NCBI GenBank assembly: GCA_907165135.1 | Contig: OU015568.1 | Location: 11,842,001 to 11,906,000 of the forward strand | Direction of reading: 5' to 3' | Length of the DNA: 64,000 nt | Source of the DNA: Oikopleura dioica | Taxonomy: Eukaryota; Animalia; Chordata | Shown here: in pieces, positions 24,401 to 36,400 of the stretch | Position numbering within the stretch: position 1 is the first letter of the stretch | Layout: each line of letters opens with the position of its first letter | Made by a program: the position numbers and the translations under genes | Notes under the pieces: model-generated | Told to the model about the DNA's origin: nothing | Database searches by the model: none | The model's input: only the letters and a program-made list of their open reading frames with translations

Positions 24401-27400
24401 ATGGAAGGTCTTTGCTGTTTGGATTCGCTCTCGTCTGTCAGCAAGTGGCTCGGCGAGGAGATTGATGCGCTCGGAGATCTGGTCGATCTTTTCTTGCATT
24501 CCAGAGCCAGCATCAGCCTAGAACGATACCATGAAAAGAGAATAACGTGCCGAATTCTTGTTAAAAATAGTTAAATTGTATGCTATGCATATCAGTATAC
24601 AAGGAGGAGTTTGTCTATATACACTATGTACACAGTTTTTTTTTCTTGAACGATTAGCTCGTTCAATGTCCTACCCGTCAACTACTAATTGTCTTTGTTT
24701 TACAAGTATTATCTATTTGAAATCCAAACATTTATGACAATGTTCGCAGAAGTTCATAAATCAAGTTGCTAAAGCAGCACTTGAACAAGCCATAATCTTT
24801 CGAAATTGTTGTTTTCTGAAAGTTTCTCACCTTGATGTCATTGAGCTCCTGCCTCCTGTTGTCGAGTTGATCCTCTAGGCGTTGCTGGTCCAGGAGTAAT
24901 CTGTTACAGGAAGCGAGATCTTTGGGGTCTTCCATTTCCACCGACTTCTCCAATTTCGACTCGACTTCATTCACGAACCTAAGACAAAAATTACTTTTTG
25001 ATCGTTTTTGACTTCCTTCTTCTTTTTCCGACTGTACAAAGTTTGAAATCGATACTCATAATCGAAACATATTTGAAGTTTTAATACAGGTTATTTTACC
25101 CCTAAGACGAATTTTATTTTTCAGTGGTAACTCAAGGGCTTTATCAAATGGGCCATTTGAAATGGCGAAATGGGGTGTTAAAAGTTCGAAAGTGACTTGT
25201 TTTGGCTCAGTTCATGGGAGCCCATTTTGTTGCTTGGTCTAGGTGAACGGAAATCCGACCGCGAGGTGCGGTAGATAGTCAATTTGGGAAATATCCACTG
25301 TTCAATCTTAATCTGCGCTGTTTACCATGTTCCACGAGCTTATGCATGGCAACACCGCAGATTTGTCGATGCCAGACGAGCAACTCAAGCAATTTGAGAT
25401 TTTCTCTTGATGGAAAATAGGCAGACGAGTTTACGAAAATCTTGAGTGAACCTGATTAAATTTAGACGGCAAGTTGTGGTCGGTAGCTAATAGTATCTAA
25501 TCTACGTCTTGTTTACCACACTGAAAGGACTACTAATGGTACTCGTACTTGTATGTACTATACGACAAGTTTTCTTCTCTATTATCTGGATGGAACATCA
25601 ACTGGCCTAATTTGAAGTTACTTTAGAACGAGAAGAATCATCAACCAGTTCGTAGCGCGGAGGATCCTTTCAAATTACGGCAATATTTACGCATAAGGGC
25701 AGGTGCTTCTCGTTAGAAATCAAGATTCTTACCGTTCAAGGTCGGCAGCAGACTTTTCTAAAATTTCGTTCTTGTGCTCTTCGAAGAGCTCTTTTTCTTT
25801 CTCGTTGGATTGATCGTCGACTTGAGACCATTCTAGCGTCAGAGCGTCGAGGACTTCGTCGATTGATTTGCGCCGGGAGGGGTATTGCTCTTTCAAATCA
25901 CTAGGAAAATATTATAAATGGGGTTTTTCGTATTTTTTGTTTTAAAAATTACGAGCATAAAATTTGGATAAAAAACGCTTTCTTGCGTGATGTTTTGATT
26001 AAAGATTAAGAGACGACTAAGTTTTTCTTTCATAAGCAACCTCAAAAGGGATTATTTACGAGGAAAGATAAATATGTATATTCAGGGCGTCAAAATCCGT
26101 AAACGGCCCTCTTTTCATGAAAACTCGGATGGGGGCGCTCTGGATACTTACTTGCCACGTACACGCAGTTGATCCAAACGATTTTGATTAGCCGCAAGCT
26201 CGGCGGAAAGAGCACGCGTCTGTTTTTGGTACTCACTTACTATTTACAATTGAATGGAAAAAATGAGTTTCCTGGAGTAATTTTTCAAATTGTTTCTAAC
26301 AAAAACTAAACGGATATAAATTTTTTTTGTTTTTTTTTCTTTCAAATATCAATTCATGCTTTGGCCTTTCGGTCAACCTAGAAAAAAAAGTTCAGACAGA
26401 TTGATCCAATAACCAGCTCAAATTTTCTGACACTTCATTTTTGACAACGTTGCCCTAAATGTGAAAGTTGCACCAATCCCTTTTGCCACTCGTCGTGGTG
26501 TGATGCCGTGCTATCCAAATCGAGTTTCTTTTCCTTTATCCAGTCAGACGCCTCGGTAGCGTCGCGCAAGAAGGATGACACATCGTGACATTCTCGCAGT
26601 TCGGCCTCGACTTTTTCGCTTTGCTCGACCAACTTGTCGTATTGGCTTTCTAGCTTCTCGACTCGCCTCTTGACATCTTCTTTATCGGCGAAATCGTCCG
26701 ACGCGTTTTTGATCGTTTCAACACGCTCTTTTGTCCCAGCTAAGACTTTCTGGTTCTCTTGATGTTTGGCGATAGCCTCTTCGGCCTCGACGGGATCTTC
26801 CGGAAGATTGACGCTCTGCAACTGCACTTCGTGATTAGCCAGAAGCTGCTCGACCACGGCGCAGTCAGAATTGAATTTGAGCTCTTGGAGCTCGTCTTTC
26901 AACGCTGCTTCGCGGCTCTGTGACAATGCTTGGAGCTTAGACCAGCTATCGTCCATTTGATCGAGTTGTTCGGTCAGAAATACGGACTCTGCCTGTTCAA
27001 GCTGTTTGACTCCCTCGGACTAGAAAAGAACGTAACTTTTTAGTTCGTGAAATTATGATAAGCCCCAGTCATTCCCTCTTTAATAAGCTGATAACTTATC
27101 AGTGATAAGGCACAATACTACTAAAATACCGGTAAAGCGCGTGCTCTATCAGTTCTGCATCTCTACCTTGAGGTTTTCGTAGCGTGGCTTGGCGGCCTCA
27201 ATTTCCTCTTGCAAGAGTTCATGCTGCGCAAGTAGTCGTTCTGCGTCCGCTAGCGAGCTTACACAGCGGTCGCCAATTCATTCGGCTACCATTTAATGCC
27301 AAGGTTGAACACGAGGCAATTTTGGAATACTACACGTTCAAATTTACAAATATATTTTGAGCTTTGATAAATTCGAATCAACGACCGGTTCCTGGCATGT

Positions 27401-30400
27401 CCTTCAGAAGCAATCGCGGATGTCGTTTTCTCAAGCCATTGCTAAAATAGTTGGTTATTGAATGAAGGTTCAGAAGATTGATAATTGTCTGGCAGACAGT
27501 ATAATCTGAAACTGCTAAAGTGAAAATATAATCAATGTTTATTGTGAAAAGCGAAAATCATGGAAGAGCGAAGCGACAAACTCGATAAGCGGTGTGGCCT
27601 TCAGAACCGCGATCTTCACTCGATCTTATGGTTTTGAGGTTGGAGCATCAGAAAGGTCCATCACCGACCCAGACAAAATAAAAAAAGCGCGTGAAAACTT
27701 TCCTTGCGAATTTCGCAGAGCTAGAATCAAAAACTGTTTCTTACGAGGTCATCGTTAAATAGCGCCATGGCTACTGGAAGAGTATGGCTTTCAAGCGGCT
27801 CTTCTTCTTCCTGAGAGAAAATTTTGAAAAGAGTAGGAAAGGGGTGAGCATCAAGCCTGGTTAGCTCAGTCGGTAGAGCGTTGGACTCTTAATCCAACGG
27901 TCGCGGGTTCGAGCCCCGCATTAGGCTTACTTTTGGTACTTTTCTTACAGTATTGATACAGTAAAAGTACCAAAAGTAAGCCTAATGCGGGGCTCGAACC
28001 CGCGACCGTTGGATTAAGAGTCCAACGCTCTACCGACTGAGCTAACCAGGCTTGTACTCAACTCTGATTTTTATAAAATTATAGGGCCCATATTTTCAAT
28101 CACATGATCCAACCCAAAAATTCTGCAATAAATGAAATTAGAATGGAAAAACTCAAGGTCAAAAAGTCTCAAAAATTATTCTGTTCATTCAAGCAGAATC
28201 TGTCGATGCGTGTAAGCTTTGATTTTTTGGTGGTGAAGTTCACTTGTCGGAAGAAAATTGCTGAAATAAAAAGGGACGGGGCAGAACGAGACGCTTCCGC
28301 CTTTGACTAAGTTAGTTTCAAACTTTCTTCTTTAGACTCTTTTAATTTAGAAATGTCATATTTCATTTCATCATCAGGTAGGTAATTTAGAGGGGAAACA
28401 TGTGCGTCCTTAAGTTAAGTTGAGTATCTGTTAGTATCAAACGTGACGCAATTTCTAATTTCTGCGTAATTTGCTAAGGAGCCGACTATGTAACATAATT
28501 ATTGCTCTTTTTTCCCACTCAAGAGCGTATCTATGAATGTATGAAACGAAACGTGAGTTTATTAAACAGCTGAGTTGTCGATAAAAAGAACCGACATCAA
28601 CCCCCCTGGTGAGGTTGTTCACTGTGAGTTTAGAAAATGAATCCATCCCTGTGTTAACTAGAACTTGATAAATTTAATCGCTTGTAAAAGTAGAAGGTAA
28701 GGTGTTGCGAGTTTCCCGAGCCCAGCTGGGGTGTTTTTTAATTTATGATTAATGTAGTGGCGTAAGACATTAGATACACGTTCGTTCCTGCACCGTGAAT
28801 TGATAGGACATGATTTATTAGAGTACTTGTAGTACTTGGCAATTTCACGCTTCTAACAGCCCGCGGCAGTCGGAGAGAAACAGTAAGGTCAGCTCAGCCA
28901 GTTTGTATTTTCATTTTGGCTAGCTTAGGCCTATGATAGCGAAAGCGGCCGCCTTAACAAAACCAGCGAAAAAATCTTGCGGGAATTAACTGCCGTCCTC
29001 AAAGCACGGTCCTCCATTTTCAACGTGCTTCACATTTTTCGAACTTGTTTTGATTGACGCACGCAAATTTAAGCGAAAATTTTGGAAAATACAAGACTCA
29101 TTCGAACTTTGATCTTTAAAACTTGAGATTAAGTAGGATTAGCTTACAGAGTTTACAGTGAAAATTAACCCGCTAAAGTCGCTAAAGACATTTTTTGACC
29201 TCGGGTCTGAGTTATCTTTTTGTCAATAAGTAGCTCTAACCTGAAACTCCGCGACATCTCTCATAAAAGTCTGAACATGTCCTGCTTGACCAAGTTTTTC
29301 CTCTCTTCGTTTGACAGCATCGTTGAGTTCGTCAAATTTCTGCTTCACCTGCTGTAGCCGTTCGCTTGTTTCTTCAGCATCCTCGGGGTAGTTGTCCGCG
29401 ATGTTTTGCTGCTGGGCTTTGAGATAAGCGATGGTTGTTCCGACGGCGGCTACTTCGCGCTCCATTGTCGCCAGTTTGCGTTGTAGTTGAAGTACGCCAG
29501 CGAGGGTGTCTCCGGTATCCTGTCAAGCAGTTTTGCGATGCTTAGTTTTACGGTTTAGAAACTCGCTTGTGTTTGGGTTACTTTCGACGAAAGAAATTCT
29601 GATTTATTGCTAAGCTGTCAACTTGAAAGTTGTTTTGAAATTGACCATGTTCAATCTGAGATTAATGGTAATTTTCCATGTTAGATGAAATAGTATTTGG
29701 TCAGCATAGATTCAGCTCAACTGAATCACTAATAAATCACGTTAGATATTTATTTACATCTTTGCTTTCGGCCACACGACACCATCAAACACATGTTCAT
29801 AACGGTTAAAGCTGAGGCCGGGCTCAAGTTTATGCAAAATTGAACCCAGTCCGGGGCCGTGTAAATTCTCCGATGTCAAATGATCGACATATTTTATTAC
29901 GTGCCAGGCTTCGCAAAAATGATTATCTGGACTGCTGATGAGATAACTTAGTCGCGACGTTTCATTTCGCGGATTTTGTGATTAGCTCTTTTTTCCGGGG
30001 AAGTATAATGCTTTGCAAAACCTTCCTTGGTGTTTTCGATGATTTGAGCTTTCTCCCCGATTCGCATTTCCGTCTGCGCAACATCCAGGTAGAACTTCTG
30101 AAGCGTCTCACCGTGAACAAATTCATCATCCTTCGCTTTCAGAGCGTCCTGCAGCGCCTTCCAGGCCTCTTTGACTCGACCTACAGCGCCGTCGAGCAAT
30201 TCTGGCGGAGCATCGGATCCTCCTTGATTGAGCTCATCTCCTCGGGAAGCGAGTTGATCGACGACTTGCGCGCGCTTGTCAACGTCTTCTCGGATACCGT
30301 CGAATCGCGTTTTGATAACGGAAATTTCCTCGAGATCATCTGGAACACTCAAGTTCTCAAGAAGCGTTGCTTTTTCGTGGCACCACTGGACCTCTTCTTC

Positions 30401-33400
30401 GCATTCGTTCAAGAAATCATACGCGTCAGAAATCTTGTCAAGATACACGAGCTTCTCATCAACAGTATCGACAAGTGCAGAATGTTCATTGATGCTAGAA
30501 CTGACATCAGCTTCTTCGAAGTTCTCCGCTTCGGCTTGCAACTCATCAAGTGGCTTTTTAATGTCAACGAGTTGATCCTTGATTGCTTTCATCGCCTTGA
30601 TCTGTCGTTGAACTTCTGCATCGTCAGTTGGTTTGGTAGAATGCTCGATTCGCGACTTGATCTCGCCAAGAAGCGCAACGAACTCTGCATGTTTCTGCTG
30701 ATGCTGAAGTCGCTCCCGCTCTTTTTCGAGAACTTCCGCCCGAGCGCTCATCATTTCGCTCAGCTCGCTCCATTTCTGCTCGATCTCCGTGTGCTGCTCG
30801 GCTTTTCGGGCCCGCTCGGCCAAAAGAGCCAGTTTCGTCTTTCGCACAGAAACCTCGCCTTGTTCAAGTTGATGCGCCGCGAGCGCGCGTTGAACCTCAG
30901 TAAGATCCTCGGGCTTATCTTCGCAGATCCTGAAGAGGGTGTTAAAAGGACTGATAAGTAGAGAAAATGATAAAAGATGAGCCTAATGCGGGGCTCGAAC
31001 CCGCGACCGTTGGATTAAGAGTCCAACGCTCTACCGACTGAGCTAACCAGGCCCGAAGACTGCCCATGATTCTAGTTTTATAAAATTAGCTTTTTTTGAA
31101 TTTGATTGGCTGCAAAGAAAGCGCCACCCCATGATTTTTTTTCGAAAAGAAAGAAGTTACTTTCGATCGAACTTTTTTATTGAGAGAAACTAAAAACTTC
31201 GCGTGACAATGTCTCCACGAAAAGGGCTTTTTTAAAGTCGCTCTCTTACCTTTTGAGAAGCTCGAGCTTAGTAATAATCCACTGGTCCATTTCACTGAGA
31301 TCCTGTTGGAGTTCATGGAGCGTTTGCTTAGCTTTGAGCGTCTCGCTCTTTGCTCTCGCCAGTTCGATGAGCTCATCGTATTCGGCCTTGAGTTGCTCGA
31401 CTTTAGGGCGAAGATCGGCGGCTTCTTTCGGGGTGTAGCTCTCCTCGTCCTCCTAAAAGCGGGTCACGTCAGGGGCAAGCTCAAAGGCGAACAAATCAAT
31501 TAGACACAGAACTTGAGCGTTATTCATTTCAGCGGAAAATCCCGTGTGAAGATTACCGATTGAGAAAGAAGTACAGGCCAAGTTCTGGCCTTGATAAATG
31601 AGATTATGGATAGGCCTCGCTAAGTTTTCGTTAATGAGAGAATAGTGGTTTATTTCTTGTGAACTTTTTGCAAAGTTTAACCCTTGACACACGGTAGAAC
31701 AAAAATAAGTGTGTATGTTTTTTTGTAGGCAATTAGCGCGCAGTCGTTGTCCTCGTGAATATATTCCTGTCAGAAACATTGCAACCTATCGGAATGCACG
31801 TTTCTGAAGTAGACTCCGAGTTGACTGACTAGAAGAGATTTTTTTAACTACGCCGTGTGTGTTCAACAACCACTAATTCTCACACATGTCGGGCGAAATC
31901 GCACACATCTGGATTAGGGCACATCGGCCAGAAATTGCCACTGCGAAAAGAGGGATTAACTTGAACTTGACTAACTACTATTTTGATACATCCACACAAC
32001 TTGGGTCAGTTCTTAAAAATTGGATGATGATTTACCTCGAGATAGCCGACAGCTTCGAGCGTGCATTTCTCTTTCCTACAGCCCAACATCTCAATGTCCT
32101 TTTCAAGAAGTGCGTGCCTTGAAATAGCCTCTGGGCACCAGGATTGATAATAATTCTTATCAGTCTCTTAAGTTTCTTTTGTGCTCTTAGTTAAAAGATC
32201 TGTTAAATCATTGTTGTCTCGTAGAAGAATTTCTCTCCACGGCTACTAATGATAATGAAATTAACCTTCTCCCACCGATCTTAACCCATCGCCGCGCGGA
32301 AGGGAAGGAAAGGTTAATGGAGTGTTCTAAAGCCCCAGGTGGTGAACGGACCGAAGCGCGTTTCCGAAATGTTGACAGAAGCTCTTTGTGCAAAAGTTAT
32401 ACGAGATGATACTGGAGAACATCATGATGACCAAGCAAACATTTAATACTGAGACGTATCTTATTTATCTCGAGGTATTGATTTTTTGGACAAAATAAAG
32501 GCATATGCCCTTATTACAGACAGAGAGAGCTCTTTGAGTGATTGTATAAAAGACAAAAACTGATATAAAAGAGATCATAGAAAATCAATTTTCATAATGG
32601 GACTCGAAGAAAAAATGCAATTTGAAAAAATGATCAAAATTTATAATCATATTCCAGCATTTAAAAAATATAAAAAGCGAATGTTAAATTTTTCTAGTTT
32701 GCATTATTTCTATTCTGTAATCGTCCGAGAACGTGGCCGGGGGAGTCCTCTCCGGTGTAAGAAGCTGCGTACCCTAATCATTGACACACAAACGCAAACA
32801 GCCACAAATTCAAGCGACTAAACTTGACAAGCATCTGCGACAAAGAAACAGAAACTGTTTGCCCCTGTATTCTCACGTGATCGTTTATGCCAAGTGGCGA
32901 GAGCTGCGAAAGAGCACTTGAAAAACAATAATTTCAACCCCGCGGTCCTTCAAGTAGAGCAGAATCCACGTGGTCGGAGAGGATTGATTTTGTCTCGCCA
33001 ATTGCATCTGAAATGAGAAGGATCGTCTGTAGGATTCGTTGGAGCTCCAAAATTCGATTGAGCCTGTGTCGTCTTGCAGCGAGATCGGTCTGTAATGTTT
33101 TCCACAAGTGGGTGATTTCTTCTTTTCTGAAACAAGTGGATTATCGCCGGGAAGGTACAAGTACTCATAAGGCCAAGCCAAAGTGGATCCGATTGTGGCT
33201 GCACGGCAGCAGCCAAAACGCCGGAAACACTCGCACCACGAGTGATGGCGAAATTCATTTCTACTCTTTTTTTATTAGACCTCAGATTAATGTGGTTAAT
33301 GGTAATGACACGCTTCATAGTTTCAAGATGCCGATATATTTATTTTTGAAAATAAACGGAAGCACCTATATTTAGACTTTTTTCTTAAAAACTGTTAAGA

Positions 33401-36400
33401 GTTCTGCACAAAAACGAGTCTGTTAAAAACACTAGTCGGACACGTGTCTAATCTCCCTTTGCCGAAAATAGCCCACCGCAATTAGCCTAACCAAATCTTT
33501 CAAAAAGAAAATCAAAACGGCTTTTCCGAAAATTCTTTCTAAGCAACAGTGAAGCAGTGAAGTAATTATTCGCCATGTGGTGGGCAAAAAGGACAATTTC
33601 GAAAGTATCTAGCGAGGGAAATTTCCGACTTATCTTTTTGGGTATCGCTTTGGGTTTTCTGTTTTGAATTTTATATTCGACGGAAGACCTTAGCGGGATC
33701 TGCAAAGCCGGCTATTTAGGGGGAAAAGAGCTCACTTATTCTATCTTGATTGAGGTTTTTGACTTGGAAATGAACAAAATGGCGAATTCTGTAAATTAAT
33801 TGATAATTCAAAATAAAAAGCGGAAACATTAATCGCCCAGCTTTATTAAATAACCAATTGAGATGCTGATCAAAAGTAGCTCAATCGAGTTAACCGACTT
33901 TATTGACTTTTGCAAAATTGAATCCCGTCCGATTAAAAATAAATCCGGCTTTTCCGTTTTAGAAAAATACCAAAAAATATCGAGACAGGAGCAAATTTAG
34001 CGACCGCAATTTCTACGGACGTGGCCTGCTTTTTTTCTTGAATCATGTTTTTCTTCCAACTTGGGATTAGAATGATTCTGGTTTGATGAGGAAGGATGAC
34101 AGTAGAATATTTGAATGCATCTAATAGAAAACAGCAAAGAATGATTCCAGTGGCATGTCGACCTTGCCGCAAAGTCAATGTTCAACATGCAGATGCAATA
34201 ACCACCGCAGCGGTGCCGGATGCAGCATAAAAATAGATACTGCAGATATTTTTTGAGGTTCAATCTACAGAAGAATTCCTTGAGAGAAAACCTCGTACTC
34301 ACATTATTTCTTGCGGTAGGAATCGTTTGAAAGAGGGATTGCGAGATTTTAAGTTATTTTCAGATTTACCTCAGAACGACTGGTTATGGAATTTCAGTCT
34401 CTTACACAATTCTGACCTTCTGAAAAGAAGCCAGCTTTTCATTGCATTTTTTGAGCAGATTTTGCTTACTTATAAAATAAGCTTTCGAAGTCCACCCAAA
34501 TGTTTGGGTCATAATTTTACCCGTCTCGAAATGTCTCGCCTTCTAAATTTAAAAAACCAGTGGTGCCAAAGAGGAGATCTTTGAAAGCTAGATTTTTATA
34601 AAATCTAAAATCGAATCAGCTAAATTTTGTCAAAAATTCGATCTAATATTGGCTCGGCTTTTGAGATGGGGAGGGGCATTATCGTGGTCGAGTTTAGATC
34701 ACCTTTTCGGAGCTCTAAGCTTAAGGGTCTCCCCTTCAAATTCAGCAAATATCAGATAGAAGGCTCATCCCACGTTAAATGAATTTCGCGACAATACAAC
34801 ACTCGCTTTAGAAAAAAATAATATTACACTTTGATTTTTAGAAAGAGTCGCATTTCTCGCTATGATTAATAATAAAGAGGGCATAGAGAAAAGCATCGGA
34901 TGTTGGATTTTGACGACGATGCTAATATTTTTGGACAATGTAAACTATTCTGTGACAGGGGCGGAATTTCGAAGATTCGTCCCACCTTATCATTACGCAA
35001 CTAAGCCACCTCATCGAGAATGTACAGTTTTCTGAGTCAAAAATAGCTACTAACTTAATCACAAAGCATCAGGAACTCACTTGGTCAGAATCTTTGCAAT
35101 GTCATGGTAGTTCTCCTTCTCAAGCTCGTCTGCTTTTTCCTCCATCGAGTTAATCCGCTGTTGGTAGGCGGCAAAGTCCATTTCGATAGCCTCGTGTTTT
35201 TTCTGAGCAGCTTCTACCGCGTCCAAATTGTTTCCAAAATTGTCTTATCGAGCTTTACTTTTTACGGATATTACTGTTGCTAGGAACGTGACGAGGGTAA
35301 TCTTTAATAAAGATAGTGTTCATAGCGATACTGATAGGCGGTTATCAGAATTAAGGGGGTTACCGCAAGCTGCATGATCGCAAGATCAATCCACTGTTTT
35401 CAGGAAATTTTCGCAAGGTAAGATGCAAAGCTCTTTTCCTTTCTCCAGTAGACCTCTGACATCCTTGAGCCACTCCTCGCGCATCTGAGCTTTGGTGAAG
35501 AAATTCTCGGCCAGCTGCTCTAGCCGCTCCTGTCTTTTAAGTTCCTCGTGGATGGCGAGCTCACGTGCATGCTCGGCGAGTTCTAACTCGTCCCATCGCT
35601 TCTGCACATCTGCAATGAGTTTGCCCTCAGCTGGGGTCCAGGGAACGCGGTTATCGGCGCGCATTTGGGATTGAATGTCGAAAAGCAGCACTTCTATCGC
35701 CCCCTTTTCGTCGAATTTCGGAGGTTTCTCCTGAAGAAAAAAAAATGGAATTTCAAAATCAGAGATAAAATCTTGTACCTGGAGTCGGTAAGCGTTGAAC
35801 TCAGCCAAGTCTTTCTTGACTCCATCGATTGAATTTGCAAAGGTTCGATCATTGAGCTCTTCAATCTTCTCCTCGATCCATTTAAGCAAGTTAGTAACCA
35901 GCTCATCGTAGTTGTTGATCTTTGCTTCGGCAGCGAGAGCGGCATCAAGAATCGTCCCGATTCTGTTAGACTCGATTTCTTTCTGCGCGTGCTCGTTAAA
36001 ATAGTGATAGTATGAGACAACGTAAGTGATGATGGACTTTTCGTCAGGATTCTCGACTGCGACGTCTTCCGGCTCTAGGAGACGGGTAATTCCTGGCAAG
36101 AGTTGTTTTCAGGTCGGCTAGAGCGGAACCTAAGGGGCACTTGGGCAAAGTGACTGCTCGGAAAACAGAAACAAGAGAAAGCAAATAACGAGGGTATTTG
36201 GATGACAGACTCTGTCCGGTGAAATCGCAAGAACAACTTGTTCTTCGTAATGTTTTTGAAGACACAGCTTTTTGAAAAAAACATCTAACGCTATTCTATC
36301 GATAAATATTCAACTCCATTCCTAAATATTCCGCTTGTTTGAACGCATTCTCCAAGTTTGCAGTGTTGCTTGCCACGGAGCCATCAGTTGGTAGACTGTT

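Larger units (their letters stand above)
27852..28054. repeat. Perfect inverted duplication, 92-bp arms with a 19-nt spacer, containing two tail-to-tail tRNA-Lys genes
   Basis: 27852-27943 is the reverse complement of 27963-28054; spacer CTTACAGTATTGATACAGT. Confidence 0.95.

Noticed and set aside
29978-30961. 327-aa plus-strand ORF
   Set aside because: Antisense shadow of the long beta-spectrin exon; its Leu/Phe/Ser-rich composition is what the reverse complement of a Glu/Lys-rich helix gives.
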